Below, one piece after another: positions 1 through 9,305 of a stretch of DNA of 64,000 nucleotides. Position numbers and translations under genes: made by a program. Every line of letters begins with the position of its first letter. Positions within the stretch are counted from its first letter, which is position 1. The notes below the pieces were generated by a model, which saw nothing but the letters and a program-made list of their open reading frames with translations, was not told the origin of the DNA and ran no database searches. This DNA comes from an uncultured Bacteriovoracaceae bacterium (GTDB lineage Bacteria; Bdellovibrionota; Bacteriovoracia; Bacteriovoracales; Bacteriovoracaceae): positions 32,001-96,000 of the forward strand of contig CAXGUD010000011.1 of the NCBI GenBank assembly GCA_964012805.1. The letters run 5' to 3'.

Positions 1-1418
1 CAGATACTTTTATTGAATTTGATAAATTTGTTTCCCATAAGTGTCATCAATTCGAAATGGAAAAGAAGAAGTTCTTGGGGGATGGAGTCGTTACCGGGTT
101 AGGCGAAATAAACGGCCAAAAAGTTGCGCTTTATTCACAGGACTTTACTTGTTGGGGGGGAGCATTGGGTGCGGCCCACGCTCAAAAAATTTGTAAAATA
201 ATGGATTACGCTCTCAGGAATAGGGTTCCAATTATTGGTATTAGTGATTCAGGTGGAGCTAGAATACAAGAAGGAGTTGAAAGCCTTGGGGGCTATGCAG
301 AAATTTTTTACCGTAATGTAAAGTGCTCTGGCGTAATACCACAGATTTCTTTGATAATGGGTCCTTGCGCTGGAGGGGCTGTTTATTCACCGGCAATAAC
401 AGATTTTGTTTTTATGGTAGAGGGCTCTTCTTACATGTTTGTAACTGGACCTGAGGTAATAAAAACAGTTACTCATGAAGAAGTTACTAAGGAAGATTTG
501 GGAGGGGCGAAAACGCATAGTGAAGTCTCTGGAATTTCTAGCGTAACCTGCAAAAATGAAGATGATTGCTTTGAAAGAGTTCGTGAACTTTTAGGTTTTA
601 TTCCTCCACATAATTTCTATAAGGCTGAGAAAAAGTGGACGTCTGATTCAGTCTCAAGAGAAAATTCAAAATTAAAGAGTATGATTCCAGATAATCCAAA
701 AAAACCCTACGACATGAGGGATATCATTACTGAAATAATTGATGATGGAAACTTTTTAGAAATTCAAAAGGATTACGCAAAAAATATAATAATAGGTTTT
801 TCTTCAATAGGTGGGATTAAATTAGGTATAGTTGCTAACCAACCAGCTCACCTTGCTGGAGTTTTAGATATAGATTCATCAGTAAAGGCTGCAAGATTTG
901 TAAGGTTCTGTGATGCATTTGATATTCCTATATTGACTTTAGTTGATGTTCCTGGCTTCTTGCCTGGTACCCAGCAAGAGTTTGGAGGTATTATAAAGCA
1001 CGGGTCTAAGCTTTTATATGCTTTTTCTGAAGCAACGACACCCCTCATAACAATAATAACTAGGAAAGCATATGGTGGAGCTTATGATGTTATGGCATCC
1101 AAACATATTAGAGCGGATGTTAATTTAGCGTATCCGTCCGGAGAGATTGCAGTTATGGGAGCTGAAGGAGCAGTAAATATAGTTTTTAGAAAAGACCTCG
1201 TTGGCTTAGAGGGAAAAGAGCTTGAAGAAAAAAGAGCCGAATTGGTCCGCTCGTATGAAAAAGAGTTTGCAAACCCTTATAAGGCTGCTGAGTTAGGCTA
1301 TTTAGATAATATTATCCTTCCTGAAGAAACGAGGGGTATAGTTTACAAATATCTTTGTTCTTTGAAGAATAAAAAACACTATTTTCCAAAAAGAAAGCAC
1401 GGGAATATTCAGTTATGA
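1..1418 (+). CDS. pccB: Acyl-CoA (propionyl-CoA) carboxylase carboxyltransferase beta subunit, 5'-truncated by window edge
   Basis: Frame is open upstream of ATG57 (DTFIEFDKFVSHKCHQFEM). Motifs GDGVVTG, DSGGARIQEG, GPCAGGAVYSPA, DVPGFLPG, RKAYGGAY, KHGNI. Confidence 0.93.
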   Translation, partial: DTFIEFDKFVSHKCHQFEMEKKKFLGDGVVTGLGEINGQKVALYSQDFTCWGGALGAAHAQKICKIMDYALRNRVPIIGISDSGGARIQEGVESLGGYAEIFYRNVKCSGVIPQISLIMGPCAGGAVYSPAITDFVFMVEGSSYMFVTGPEVIKTVTHEEVTKEDLGGAKTHSEVSGISSVTCKNEDDCFERVRELLGFIPPHNFYKAEKKWTSDSVSRENSKLKSMIPDNPKKPYDMRDIITEIIDDGNFLEIQKDYAKNIIIGFSSIGGIKLGIVANQPAHLAGVLDIDSSVKAARFVRFCDAFDIPILTLVDVPGFLPGTQQEFGGIIKHGSKLLYAFSEATTPLITIITRKAYGGAYDVMASKHIRADVNLAYPSGEIAVMGAEGAVNIVFRKDLVGLEGKELEEKRAELVRSYEKEFANPYKAAELGYLDNIILPEETRGIVYKYLCSLKNKKHYFPKRKHGNIQL

Positions 1419-2845
1419 CTAGTAAGAGAATCTTGATTATTAATAGAGGTGAGATAGCTGCACGGATTGCAAAAGCTATACGTGAATTGGGTCATACAGC
1501 TATAGGTGTTTGGACAGATAGTGAAGTTGAAGCTTCTCATCTTCAGTTTTGTGATGAGTGGGTTAACTTAGAAGGGAAAAGCAATACCGAAACTTATCTG
1601 AATATTCCAAAAATATTAGATTTAATTAAAAGTAATAGTGTTGATGCTGTTCACCCGGGTTACGGCTTTTTGGCCGAGAATGCTGACTTTGCGGAGGCAT
1701 TAGCTCGAGAAGGGGTAATATTCATTGGTCCTCATTCTGAAGCGATAAGGCTCATGGGAGACAAGGCTATTTCTAAAAAAAAGGCATTGGAAAGTAATGT
1801 TCCAGTGGTTCCAGGTTCTAAAGGGGTTGTTGATACTCTAGATGAAGCTTTTTTGGTTTGTGATGAAATAGGTTTTCCAATTCTTTTGAAGGCTGTTGCT
1901 GGAGGCGGTGGCAAAGGTATGAGAGCTTGTTTCAGTCGGGAAGAGGTTCAAATAAACTTTGAGGTAGTCCAAAGAGAATCCCTAGCAGCTTTTGGTAATG
2001 GAGACTTGCTTGTTGAAAAGCTAATTGTAAACCCGAGGCATATTGAAGTGCAGGTTTTAGGAGATAAAAAGGGAAATATTTTTCATTTCTATGAAAGGGA
2101 ATGCTCTATTCAAAGGCGCCACCAGAAAATTGTTGAAGAAGCTCCTTCGCCGTTTATTGGAGAGGATGATGATCTAAGAAATAAGATATGCGAAACAGCT
2201 GTAAGCCTTGCTAAAGCAGTTAAATATGACTCTGCTGGAACGGTTGAGTTTATTATGGGTGAAGACAAGTCCTTTTACTTTTTAGAAATGAATACAAGAA
2301 TACAGGTAGAGCACCCTGTTACTGAGAAAATAACTGGAATAGATTTGATTGTTTGTATGATTCAAGCCGCCTTAGAAGATGACGTTGGTATTCCAAATCA
2401 ATCATGGATTAGACGCTCCGGGCATGCAATTGAATGCAGAGTTTGTGCGGAAGATCCAATAACAATGTTACCTGCTCCAGGCACATTGACTGGGTTTGAA
2501 ACTTGTTTTCCTCAGGGAACTAGGTTTGACAACTGTTTATACCCTGGCTTGGTTGTAACTCCTGACTTTGACCCTATGGTCGGGAAGCTTGTTGTTAAAG
2601 GAATTGTGAGAAGTGTGGCAATTAGAAAAATGAGAGCGGCACTAAATGGTCTATTGATTGAGGGCTTGAAGACTAATGTTCCTTTATTAAAAGAAATAAT
2701 AAAAAATGAAAACTTTGTGAAAGGTGTGTATTCTACGGACTTTATTGAAGAAGAAAAACCTCAGGACCATGTGAGTCAAGAAAGAGATATTTTAAATATT
2801 TTCAAAAAATTAGCCATTGTTGAGGCAAGAAAGATAGGGCTTTAA
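1415..2845 (+). CDS. accC: Biotin carboxylase subunit
   Basis: NRGEIA, HPGYGFLAEN, GGGGKGMR, RECSIQRRHQK, FLEMNTRIQVEHPVTE; ATGA-type overlap with the upstream gene. Confidence 0.95.
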   Translation: MTSKRILIINRGEIAARIAKAIRELGHTAIGVWTDSEVEASHLQFCDEWVNLEGKSNTETYLNIPKILDLIKSNSVDAVHPGYGFLAENADFAEALAREGVIFIGPHSEAIRLMGDKAISKKKALESNVPVVPGSKGVVDTLDEAFLVCDEIGFPILLKAVAGGGGKGMRACFSREEVQINFEVVQRESLAAFGNGDLLVEKLIVNPRHIEVQVLGDKKGNIFHFYERECSIQRRHQKIVEEAPSPFIGEDDDLRNKICETAVSLAKAVKYDSAGTVEFIMGEDKSFYFLEMNTRIQVEHPVTEKITGIDLIVCMIQAALEDDVGIPNQSWIRRSGHAIECRVCAEDPITMLPAPGTLTGFETCFPQGTRFDNCLYPGLVVTPDFDPMVGKLVVKGIVRSVAIRKMRAALNGLLIEGLKTNVPLLKEIIKNENFVKGVYSTDFIEEEKPQDHVSQERDILNIFKKLAIVEARKIGL

Positions 2846-3358
2846 ATGAGATATTATTTGATAGATCAGGAAAAAGATGAGCTTGTCATTGACCTTCAGC
2901 TCGTTAAAAAACATGATAATAATCTATTTGAGTTTCAGCTTTGTTTCTTAGAAAATAATGTGATAAAAAGTACACAGTTGGTATATACAAGGAAACTTGC
3001 GGGGCAATATTTTGTGAGCCTCAACCTTTCTTCTTGGGAAAAAGTATCGCCTCAGGTCTTTCCAAGAATTTTTTTGGATAGAGGTAAAGTTTATGATTTG
3101 TATAGAGGTTTCAAACCAAGTGGCTTGGGTGAGGTTGATGAGGGCGAATTAGTTACCCATATGCCAGGAAAGGTTGTTAAAATTGAAGTTGGAAAGGGTC
3201 AGGAAGTAAAAAAGGGTCAAACTCTCATCGTTTTGGAGGCGATGAAGATGGAAAATGAAATAAAGAGTGGCATGGATGGGATTGTAAAGAGTGTGCATGT
3301 TCAGGAAGGACAAGTTTTAGATGAAGGCATTTTAATGATGGAAGTAGAAAGGGATTAA
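2846..3358 (+). CDS. Biotin carboxyl carrier protein with ~95-aa N-terminal extension
   Basis: C-terminal biotinyl domain (MPGKVV...LEAMKMENEI); abuts the biotin carboxylase stop codon. Confidence 0.9.
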   Translation: MRYYLIDQEKDELVIDLQLVKKHDNNLFEFQLCFLENNVIKSTQLVYTRKLAGQYFVSLNLSSWEKVSPQVFPRIFLDRGKVYDLYRGFKPSGLGEVDEGELVTHMPGKVVKIEVGKGQEVKKGQTLIVLEAMKMENEIKSGMDGIVKSVHVQEGQVLDEGILMMEVERD

Positions 3359-3361
3359 TTT

Positions 3362-4378
3362 ATGAATAGTTATAATAATCAGCCGAATTTTGAGGCTGAC
3401 CTCGCAAAGTTTTTTAATGAATTTAAAAATAATTTTAAATTCATAGGAACAGGGTTAATTATCTTATTCCTCTTGGTTTTGGGTTCCACATCATTCTACA
3501 CTGTTGAACCTGAAGAGGAGGCAGTTATCATAAGGCTAGGAAAATATGAGGGGACCTATCCGCCAGGTCTTCATTTCAAAATCCCTTTGGGTGTTGATAG
3601 GGTCATAAAGGTAAAAACCAAAAAAATTCATCAAATATCTTTTGGCTTTGTTCCACAAACAAGTGGGCGTCGTTTAAGGTTTCGGTCGGATGCTTTTGAT
3701 GATGAGTCCCTAATGTTAACAGGGGATTTAAACGTTGCAGACGTGGAATGGGTTGTTCAATTTCAAATTTCCGACCCTTTTAAGTTTCTCTTTCAAACAG
3801 CTTCCCCTGAGAAGAACATAAAAGATGTTTCCGAATCCATAATGAGGAGAGTCATTGGAGACAGGCTTGTAACGGAAGTCCTTACTACCGGAAGAGTTGA
3901 AATTGCTGCTGAAGTTCAGGAGCTTATGCAAGATCTTTTAAACAAGTACGATATGGGAGTTCAAATATTTACGGTTCAGCTACAAAACGTTAACCCACCT
4001 GAAATTGTCAAAGCGTCATTTAATGAAGTGAATGAGGCCAAACAGGAGCAGGAAAAAGTTATAAACCAAGCTGAAGAAGCTTATAACAAGGTTATTCCTG
4101 AAGCAAGAGGTAAAGCTGAGAAACAAATTTCAGAAGCAGAGGGGTTTGCTGAAGCTACTGTGAATAGAGCAAAGGGTGATGCGAAAAAGTTTACATCAGT
4201 TCTTTTGGAATACAAAAGAGCTCCTGCTGTAACCAGAAAAAGAATGTATCTTGAAACTATGGAAGAAGTCCTTTCTAAACTTGATGATCTGACTATTATT
4301 GATTCAAAAGTAAAAGGCGTCTTGCCTATCTTTCAAAAAACAAATGAGTCAATTATTTTAAATAAGGATAAGTCATGA
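3362..4378 (+). CDS. hflK: FtsH protease modulator HflK (SPFH family)
   Basis: TM helix, PGLHFKIP, MLTGDLN, YNKVIPEARG, EYKRAPAVTRKRMYLETM. Confidence 0.93.
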   Translation: MNSYNNQPNFEADLAKFFNEFKNNFKFIGTGLIILFLLVLGSTSFYTVEPEEEAVIIRLGKYEGTYPPGLHFKIPLGVDRVIKVKTKKIHQISFGFVPQTSGRRLRFRSDAFDDESLMLTGDLNVADVEWVVQFQISDPFKFLFQTASPEKNIKDVSESIMRRVIGDRLVTEVLTTGRVEIAAEVQELMQDLLNKYDMGVQIFTVQLQNVNPPEIVKASFNEVNEAKQEQEKVINQAEEAYNKVIPEARGKAEKQISEAEGFAEATVNRAKGDAKKFTSVLLEYKRAPAVTRKRMYLETMEEVLSKLDDLTIIDSKVKGVLPIFQKTNESIILNKDKS

Positions 4379-5364
4379 AACAAAAGAGCTTAATTGCTTT
4401 AGTTATAATTCTTGTAGTGGGTGGTGTTTTTCTTAAGGAGTCTGTCTATGTTTTAAACCCTGGACAGCAGGCAGTAGTGACTCAGTTCGGAAAGCCTATT
4501 GGCAAGCCAAAAACGGAAGCTGGGCTAGGATTTAAGACACCTTTTGTTCAAAAAGTTCGATACGTAGATAAAAGGATATTAAATTGGGATGGAATACCTA
4601 AGCAGGTTACAACCAAAGATAAGAAGTTTATTAAGGTTGATACTACAGCTCGTTGGAGAGTCACGAATGCATTAACTTTTTTACAAACAGTTCAGGGTGA
4701 AAGAGGTGCTCAGTTTAAAATCGGTGCGATATTGGACTCAGCTACTAAAAACGTTATTTCAAGGCATAACCTTGTTGAAGCTGTTAGGAACTCAAACTTA
4801 ATTGAGAATAAAATAAAGGAAAAAAAGAAAGAGATCTCAGAGAAGAGAGCTAAAGGTGAGACATTTATTGAAGATGAGTTAAGTGGAGAAGTTGAAAGAA
4901 TTGATGTTGGAAGAGAACAGCTGAGTTTGTTGATTGCAAAGGACGCAAGTACTGGCTTATTGAAGTTCGGGATAGAGCTGATTGATGTTCAACTAAAAAG
5001 AATCTCTTATGACAAATCTGTTGAGAAAAAAGTGTATGAGAGGATGATTTCAGAAAGAAAAAAGATTGCAGAAAAAATAAGGTCTATTGGTCAAGGTGAA
5101 AAAGCTAAAATTGAGGGACGCTTGACGAAGGACCTTCAAAAGATAGAGTCTGAAGCTTATAGGAAGGCGCAAGAGATAAGGGGTGTTGCTGAGGCAAAGT
5201 CAATCGCTATTTATGCCAAGTCTTTAAAGTCAGGGTCGGACTTTTATGAGTTTATGCGTTCTATGGAAGCTTATAAAAATACTTTTTCTAATAAGTCTAA
5301 GTTCTTGTTATCTTCAGAGTCTAAATTTTTAAAATTTCTTAAAAATGGTAGCCTTACAGAATAA
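4375..5364 (+). CDS. hflC: FtsH protease modulator HflC
   Basis: AVVTQFG, DKRILNWDG, VYERMISER, FYEFMRSMEAY; coupled to hflK. Confidence 0.93.
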   Translation: MKQKSLIALVIILVVGGVFLKESVYVLNPGQQAVVTQFGKPIGKPKTEAGLGFKTPFVQKVRYVDKRILNWDGIPKQVTTKDKKFIKVDTTARWRVTNALTFLQTVQGERGAQFKIGAILDSATKNVISRHNLVEAVRNSNLIENKIKEKKKEISEKRAKGETFIEDELSGEVERIDVGREQLSLLIAKDASTGLLKFGIELIDVQLKRISYDKSVEKKVYERMISERKKIAEKIRSIGQGEKAKIEGRLTKDLQKIESEAYRKAQEIRGVAEAKSIAIYAKSLKSGSDFYEFMRSMEAYKNTFSNKSKFLLSSESKFLKFLKNGSLTE

Positions 5365-5385
5365 AATTAAAAAGTTCTTTTAATT

Positions 5386-6351
5386 TTAAAAGAACTTTTT
5401 AATTACCTCAGATGCAGCCATCTGAGGTGTTTTCAGTTCTTTTGTCACCATTTCTTCTAATTTGGGGATAAGTCCGGTAAGCTCTGGGTGGTTCTTTAGT
5501 TTCGTTTCGATAGAGTCTCTTATAAGTGACCACATCCAGTCAGTAGATTGTTGAGCTCTTCTTTTTTGAAAAAAGCCTCCGCTTTTAGATGTTTGTTGAA
5601 ATTCACAAATCATATTCCAGACTTTGTCGATATTTTTAGATTCAATAGCTGAGCATGAAATAACCTGCTGTTTCCAAAATGAGTGGGACACTAGTAACTT
5701 TAAAGCGCTTTCATACTGAGACTTAGTTTTTTGAGCCACATTTATTGTATCTCCGTCAGCTTTATTTATAATAAGGGCGTCCGCGAGCTCTACAATTCCT
5801 TTTTTTATACCTTGAAGTTCATCACCAGCATTAGGTAATAGCATTACTAAGAAAAAATCAACCATGTTTGATACAGTTACCTCATTCTGGCCTACGCCGA
5901 CAGTCTCTACGATTATGACATCAAACCCTGCTGCTTCACATAGCAATATAGTTTCACGGGACTTTTGGGTGACTCCACCTGAGGCGCCAGAGGAAGGAGA
6001 AGGTCTAATAAATACATCATCTTCTCTTGATAGTTTTTCCATTCTTGTTTTGTCTCCTAGAATACTTCCTCCAGTGACTGGGGAGCTAGGATCGATTGTC
6101 AGAACGGCGATTCTTTTTTTTTGCTTTAAAATATGTAAACCGGCAGATTCAATAAAAGTGGATTTTCCAACGCCTGGGCTTCCTGATATCCCTATGCGTA
6201 TAGATTTACCAGTATGGGGAAGAATTTGGTCAATTAACTTTTGTGCTTCAATTTTGTGTGAAGGTTTCTTGCTCTCAATAAGTGTAATAGCTTTTGCCAG
6301 AGAGACTCTATTTCCTTTAAGGAGTTCTTCAATGTTGATTTTATTTTTCAT
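5386..6351 (-). CDS. meaB: Methylmalonyl-CoA mutase-associated GTPase MeaB/ArgK
   Basis: GSPGVGKST, DPSS..TGGSILGDKTRM, ETVGVGQNE, GDELQGIKKG, NKAD; adjacent to the mutase. Confidence 0.95.
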   Translation of the reverse strand: MKNKINIEELLKGNRVSLAKAITLIESKKPSHKIEAQKLIDQILPHTGKSIRIGISGSPGVGKSTFIESAGLHILKQKKRIAVLTIDPSSPVTGGSILGDKTRMEKLSREDDVFIRPSPSSGASGGVTQKSRETILLCEAAGFDVIIVETVGVGQNEVTVSNMVDFFLVMLLPNAGDELQGIKKGIVELADALIINKADGDTINVAQKTKSQYESALKLLVSHSFWKQQVISCSAIESKNIDKVWNMICEFQQTSKSGGFFQKRRAQQSTDWMWSLIRDSIETKLKNHPELTGLIPKLEEMVTKELKTPQMAASEVIKKFF

Positions 6352-6358
6352 ATTTAAT

Positions 6359-8518
6359 CTATTTATCTAAAAAGTTTTTAATTGCTTGAAGGACTTCTTT
6401 TGCTGCTTTAGGTATTGGGGTTCCAGGTCCAAAAATCCCTTTAACACCCATTTTGTAGAGTAAGTCATAATCAGTTTTAGGAATAACTCCTCCAGCAATG
6501 ACTATAATTTCTTCGGCTTTTTGCTTTTTTAGCTCTTGAATGAGCTGAGGTATAAGAGTTTTATGTCCGGCTGCTTGGGATGAGACTCCAACTACATGGA
6601 CATCATTTTCTATTGCTTGTTTAGCCACCTCTTCTGGTGTGGAAAAAAGAGGAGCTATATCAATATCGAATCCGACATCTGCAAAAGCTGTTGCGATGAC
6701 TTTTGCTCCTCTATCATGACCATCCTGTCCCATTTTTGCGACAATCATTCTAGGCCTTCGACCATAGCTCTTTTCAAATTCTTCAATGTCTTCTTTTATT
6801 TTAAGCCATTCTTTATCATTTTCGTACAAGCTTCCATATACTCCTGTTATAGTTTGGTTGTTTGAGTTATAGCGGCCCCAAACTTTTTCTAGGGCAAAAG
6901 TAATCTCTCCAACGGAGCATCTTACTTGGGCAGCTTTTATGGCAAGATCTAGCGCATTACCCTTTCCTGTTTCAGCATAGGCCGTTAGATTTTCAAGGGC
7001 TTCGTTGACTAGCTTTTCGTCTCTTTGATTTCGTAACTTTGAAAGCTTTTCTAACTGAGAATTCCTGACTTTTTCGTTGTCAACTTCGAGAATATCTATA
7101 TCTTCTTCTATTTCAATTTTAAATTTATTTACTCCTACTATAACTTCCTCTCCCCTATCAATGAGAGCTTGCTTTTTTGCTGCCGCTTCTTCTATTTTTA
7201 ATTTTGGTACGCCAGACTCTACCGCTTTTATCATTCCACCTTGTTCTTCAATTTCCTCAATGAGGGCCCAAGCTTTTTCAGCAATTTCTTTTGTGAGGCT
7301 CTCCATCATGTATGAGCCTCCCCATGGGTCTACTACCTTTGTTATTTTTGTTTCTTCCTGAAGAATAATTTGGGTATTTCTTGCAATTCTTGCTGAAAAC
7401 TCTGTTGGCAACGCTACAGCCTCATCTAAAGCATTTGTATGGAGTGATTGTGTTCCTCCAAAGATGGCTGACATTGCTTCTATGGTGGTTCTAATAACAT
7501 TGTTATAAGGGTCTTGCTCTGTTAAGGACCAACCAGATGTTTGGCAATGAGTCCTTAACATTTTAGATTTTTCATTTTTTGGCTTAAAAGCCGTAACAAT
7601 TTTATCCCAAAGAAATCTAGCTGCCCGAAGTTTTGCGATTTCCATATAGAAGTTCATTCCGATGCCAAAGAAAAAAGATAGGCGTGGAGCAAATTTATCA
7701 ATATCCAGTCCTTCATTTACTGCTGTTTTGATATACTCTTTTCCGTTGGCAAGGGTATAAGCGAGTTCAAGTGCTGCATCAGCACCTGCCTCTTGTATAT
7801 GATATCCTGAAATTGAAATAGAGTTATATTTGGGCATATGTTGGCTAGTATAAGAAATGATATCTGCAATGATTTTCATAGAGGGACGTGGGGGGAAAAT
7901 ATACGTGTTTCTTACCATGAACTCTTTTAAGATATCATTCTGTATCGTTCCAGATAACTTTTCTTTGTTTACACCTTGTTCTTCTGCAGCAACGATATAA
8001 TTGGCAAGAATTGGTAAAACGGCTCCATTCATTGTCATTGAAACTGAAATTTTATCTAGCGGTATTTGGTCAAAAAGGACTTTCATATCCTCAACACTAT
8101 CAATGGCCACACCGGCTTTACCTACATCTCCTTGAACTCTTGGGTGATCAGAGTCATAACCTCTATGGGTTGCAAGATCGAAGGCGACAGAAATGCCTTG
8201 ACCTCCTGCTGAGAGGCTTTTTCTATAAAATGCGTTCGATTCTTCAGCAGTTGAAAACCCTGCATATTGACGAATAGTCCAAGGCCTACCTGCATACATT
8301 GTTGCCCTTGGGCCTCTTTTATAGGGCGAAAAGCCAGGTAGAACATCAAGATCATCAATTTCTTTTAAGTCTTCCTCTGTGTATAAGGGCTTTATTCTTA
8401 TATCTTCAGGGCTAGTCCAAATGAGCTCATCTACAGGCTTCCCTTTCCTTTCTTGCTGCGCTTTTTCATTCCACTTTGAAATTTTTTCTTTGAGTGATTG
8501 ATTTGTAGGTCTTGCCAT
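6359..8518 (-). CDS. scpA: Methylmalonyl-CoA mutase (B12-dependent, catalytic and cobalamin-binding domains fused)
   Basis: [32 protein letters not shown], cobalamin motif [10 protein letters not shown]. Confidence 0.96.
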   Translation of the reverse strand: MARPTNQSLKEKISKWNEKAQQERKGKPVDELIWTSPEDIRIKPLYTEEDLKEIDDLDVLPGFSPYKRGPRATMYAGRPWTIRQYAGFSTAEESNAFYRKSLSAGGQGISVAFDLATHRGYDSDHPRVQGDVGKAGVAIDSVEDMKVLFDQIPLDKISVSMTMNGAVLPILANYIVAAEEQGVNKEKLSGTIQNDILKEFMVRNTYIFPPRPSMKIIADIISYTSQHMPKYNSISISGYHIQEAGADAALELAYTLANGKEYIKTAVNEGLDIDKFAPRLSFFFGIGMNFYMEIAKLRAARFLWDKIVTAFKPKNEKSKMLRTHCQTSGWSLTEQDPYNNVIRTTIEAMSAIFGGTQSLHTNALDEAVALPTEFSARIARNTQIILQEETKITKVVDPWGGSYMMESLTKEIAEKAWALIEEIEEQGGMIKAVESGVPKLKIEEAAAKKQALIDRGEEVIVGVNKFKIEIEEDIDILEVDNEKVRNSQLEKLSKLRNQRDEKLVNEALENLTAYAETGKGNALDLAIKAAQVRCSVGEITFALEKVWGRYNSNNQTITGVYGSLYENDKEWLKIKEDIEEFEKSYGRRPRMIVAKMGQDGHDRGAKVIATAFADVGFDIDIAPLFSTPEEVAKQAIENDVHVVGVSSQAAGHKTLIPQLIQELKKQKAEEIIVIAGGVIPKTDYDLLYKMGVKGIFGPGTPIPKAAKEVLQAIKNFLDK

Positions 8519-8641
8519 TTTTTCCTTCTAAGAGACTTTAACTATTAGGATAGAGACAAAAACTACCAAAAAAGTTTTGATAAGACTATCAGAGGAGGCT
8601 TTTTAGTCTTTTAAATTAAAGCTTTGGAAATTCTTTCCAAA

Positions 8642-8669
8642 TTGAAACATTCCACTCTTTTGTTAAAAT
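8642..8669 (+). promoter_or_regulatory. Putative sigma70-type promoter
   Basis: TTGAAA-N16-TAAAAT with extended -10 TG, about 35 nt upstream of ATG8706. Confidence 0.4.
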
Positions 8670-8705
8670 TAAGATAGTTGATTAAATTGTTTTAGGGGTA
8701 TTTTT

Positions 8706-9305
8706 ATGACAAATAAGGGACCTAAGCAAGAAATCCCAAAGTTAATTGAGGAAGCTAGTCTGCAAGGTCTCTTTTATGATCAATTGCAAATCATTAATGA
8801 AAGCATTTCTAGACCTCTTCCCGTGGAAGCAATCCACTACTCAAGCTTAGTTTTTTCAAAGTTTAAAGACTCAAAGGCTTATTTTGAGGAGATTGAAGGG
8901 AAATATAAAGAAAAAGTTTTAGGGATTCAACTTTTAGAGGCAACAAATCTTTCTAAGTCTGAGCAAAAGTCCAAGCTTATGGATGTTGGAGAGACTTCAA
9001 TGCTTCTGTGTGGCATGTTCAAAGACTCTTTAAACAAAAAGCTAAATGATCCAAAGTACTATAGTGAGCTTGGAATGATGGCCTATAAAAGGTTAAACCA
9101 TATTGTTCCGAGAGCTTATGAGTTAAACTCATTTTATGGAATAATAGCTTCTTACTTTACCGTAATTACGACAATGATTAGTGCTATTGCAAAAAGTAAT
9201 TTTGATGTAGAGAAGAGTACCTATATCTATAAACTAGATAATTTTGATGAAAAATATTTTCTTCAGTCAGAAGTCTTAAAAGCTAAGACGAAAAAAATTT
9301 CTTAA
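8706..9305 (+). CDS. Hypothetical protein (alpha-helical, conserved-looking core)
   Basis: 199-aa ORF with promoter and GGGG SD-like site. The core LMDVGETSMLLCGMFKDSLNKKL..YY.ELG..AY resembles an uncharacterised family I recall from delta-/gamma-proteobacteria. Confidence 0.7.
   Translation: MTNKGPKQEIPKLIEEASLQGLFYDQLQIINESISRPLPVEAIHYSSLVFSKFKDSKAYFEEIEGKYKEKVLGIQLLEATNLSKSEQKSKLMDVGETSMLLCGMFKDSLNKKLNDPKYYSELGMMAYKRLNHIVPRAYELNSFYGIIASYFTVITTMISAIAKSNFDVEKSTYIYKLDNFDEKYFLQSEVLKAKTKKIS

Noticed and set aside
5864..6370. 168-aa + strand ORF
   Set aside because: Antisense to well-supported meaB.
8519..8705. Cobalamin riboswitch upstream of the mutase
   Set aside because: Region is AT-rich and lacks the B12-box and conserved GGGAA elements.
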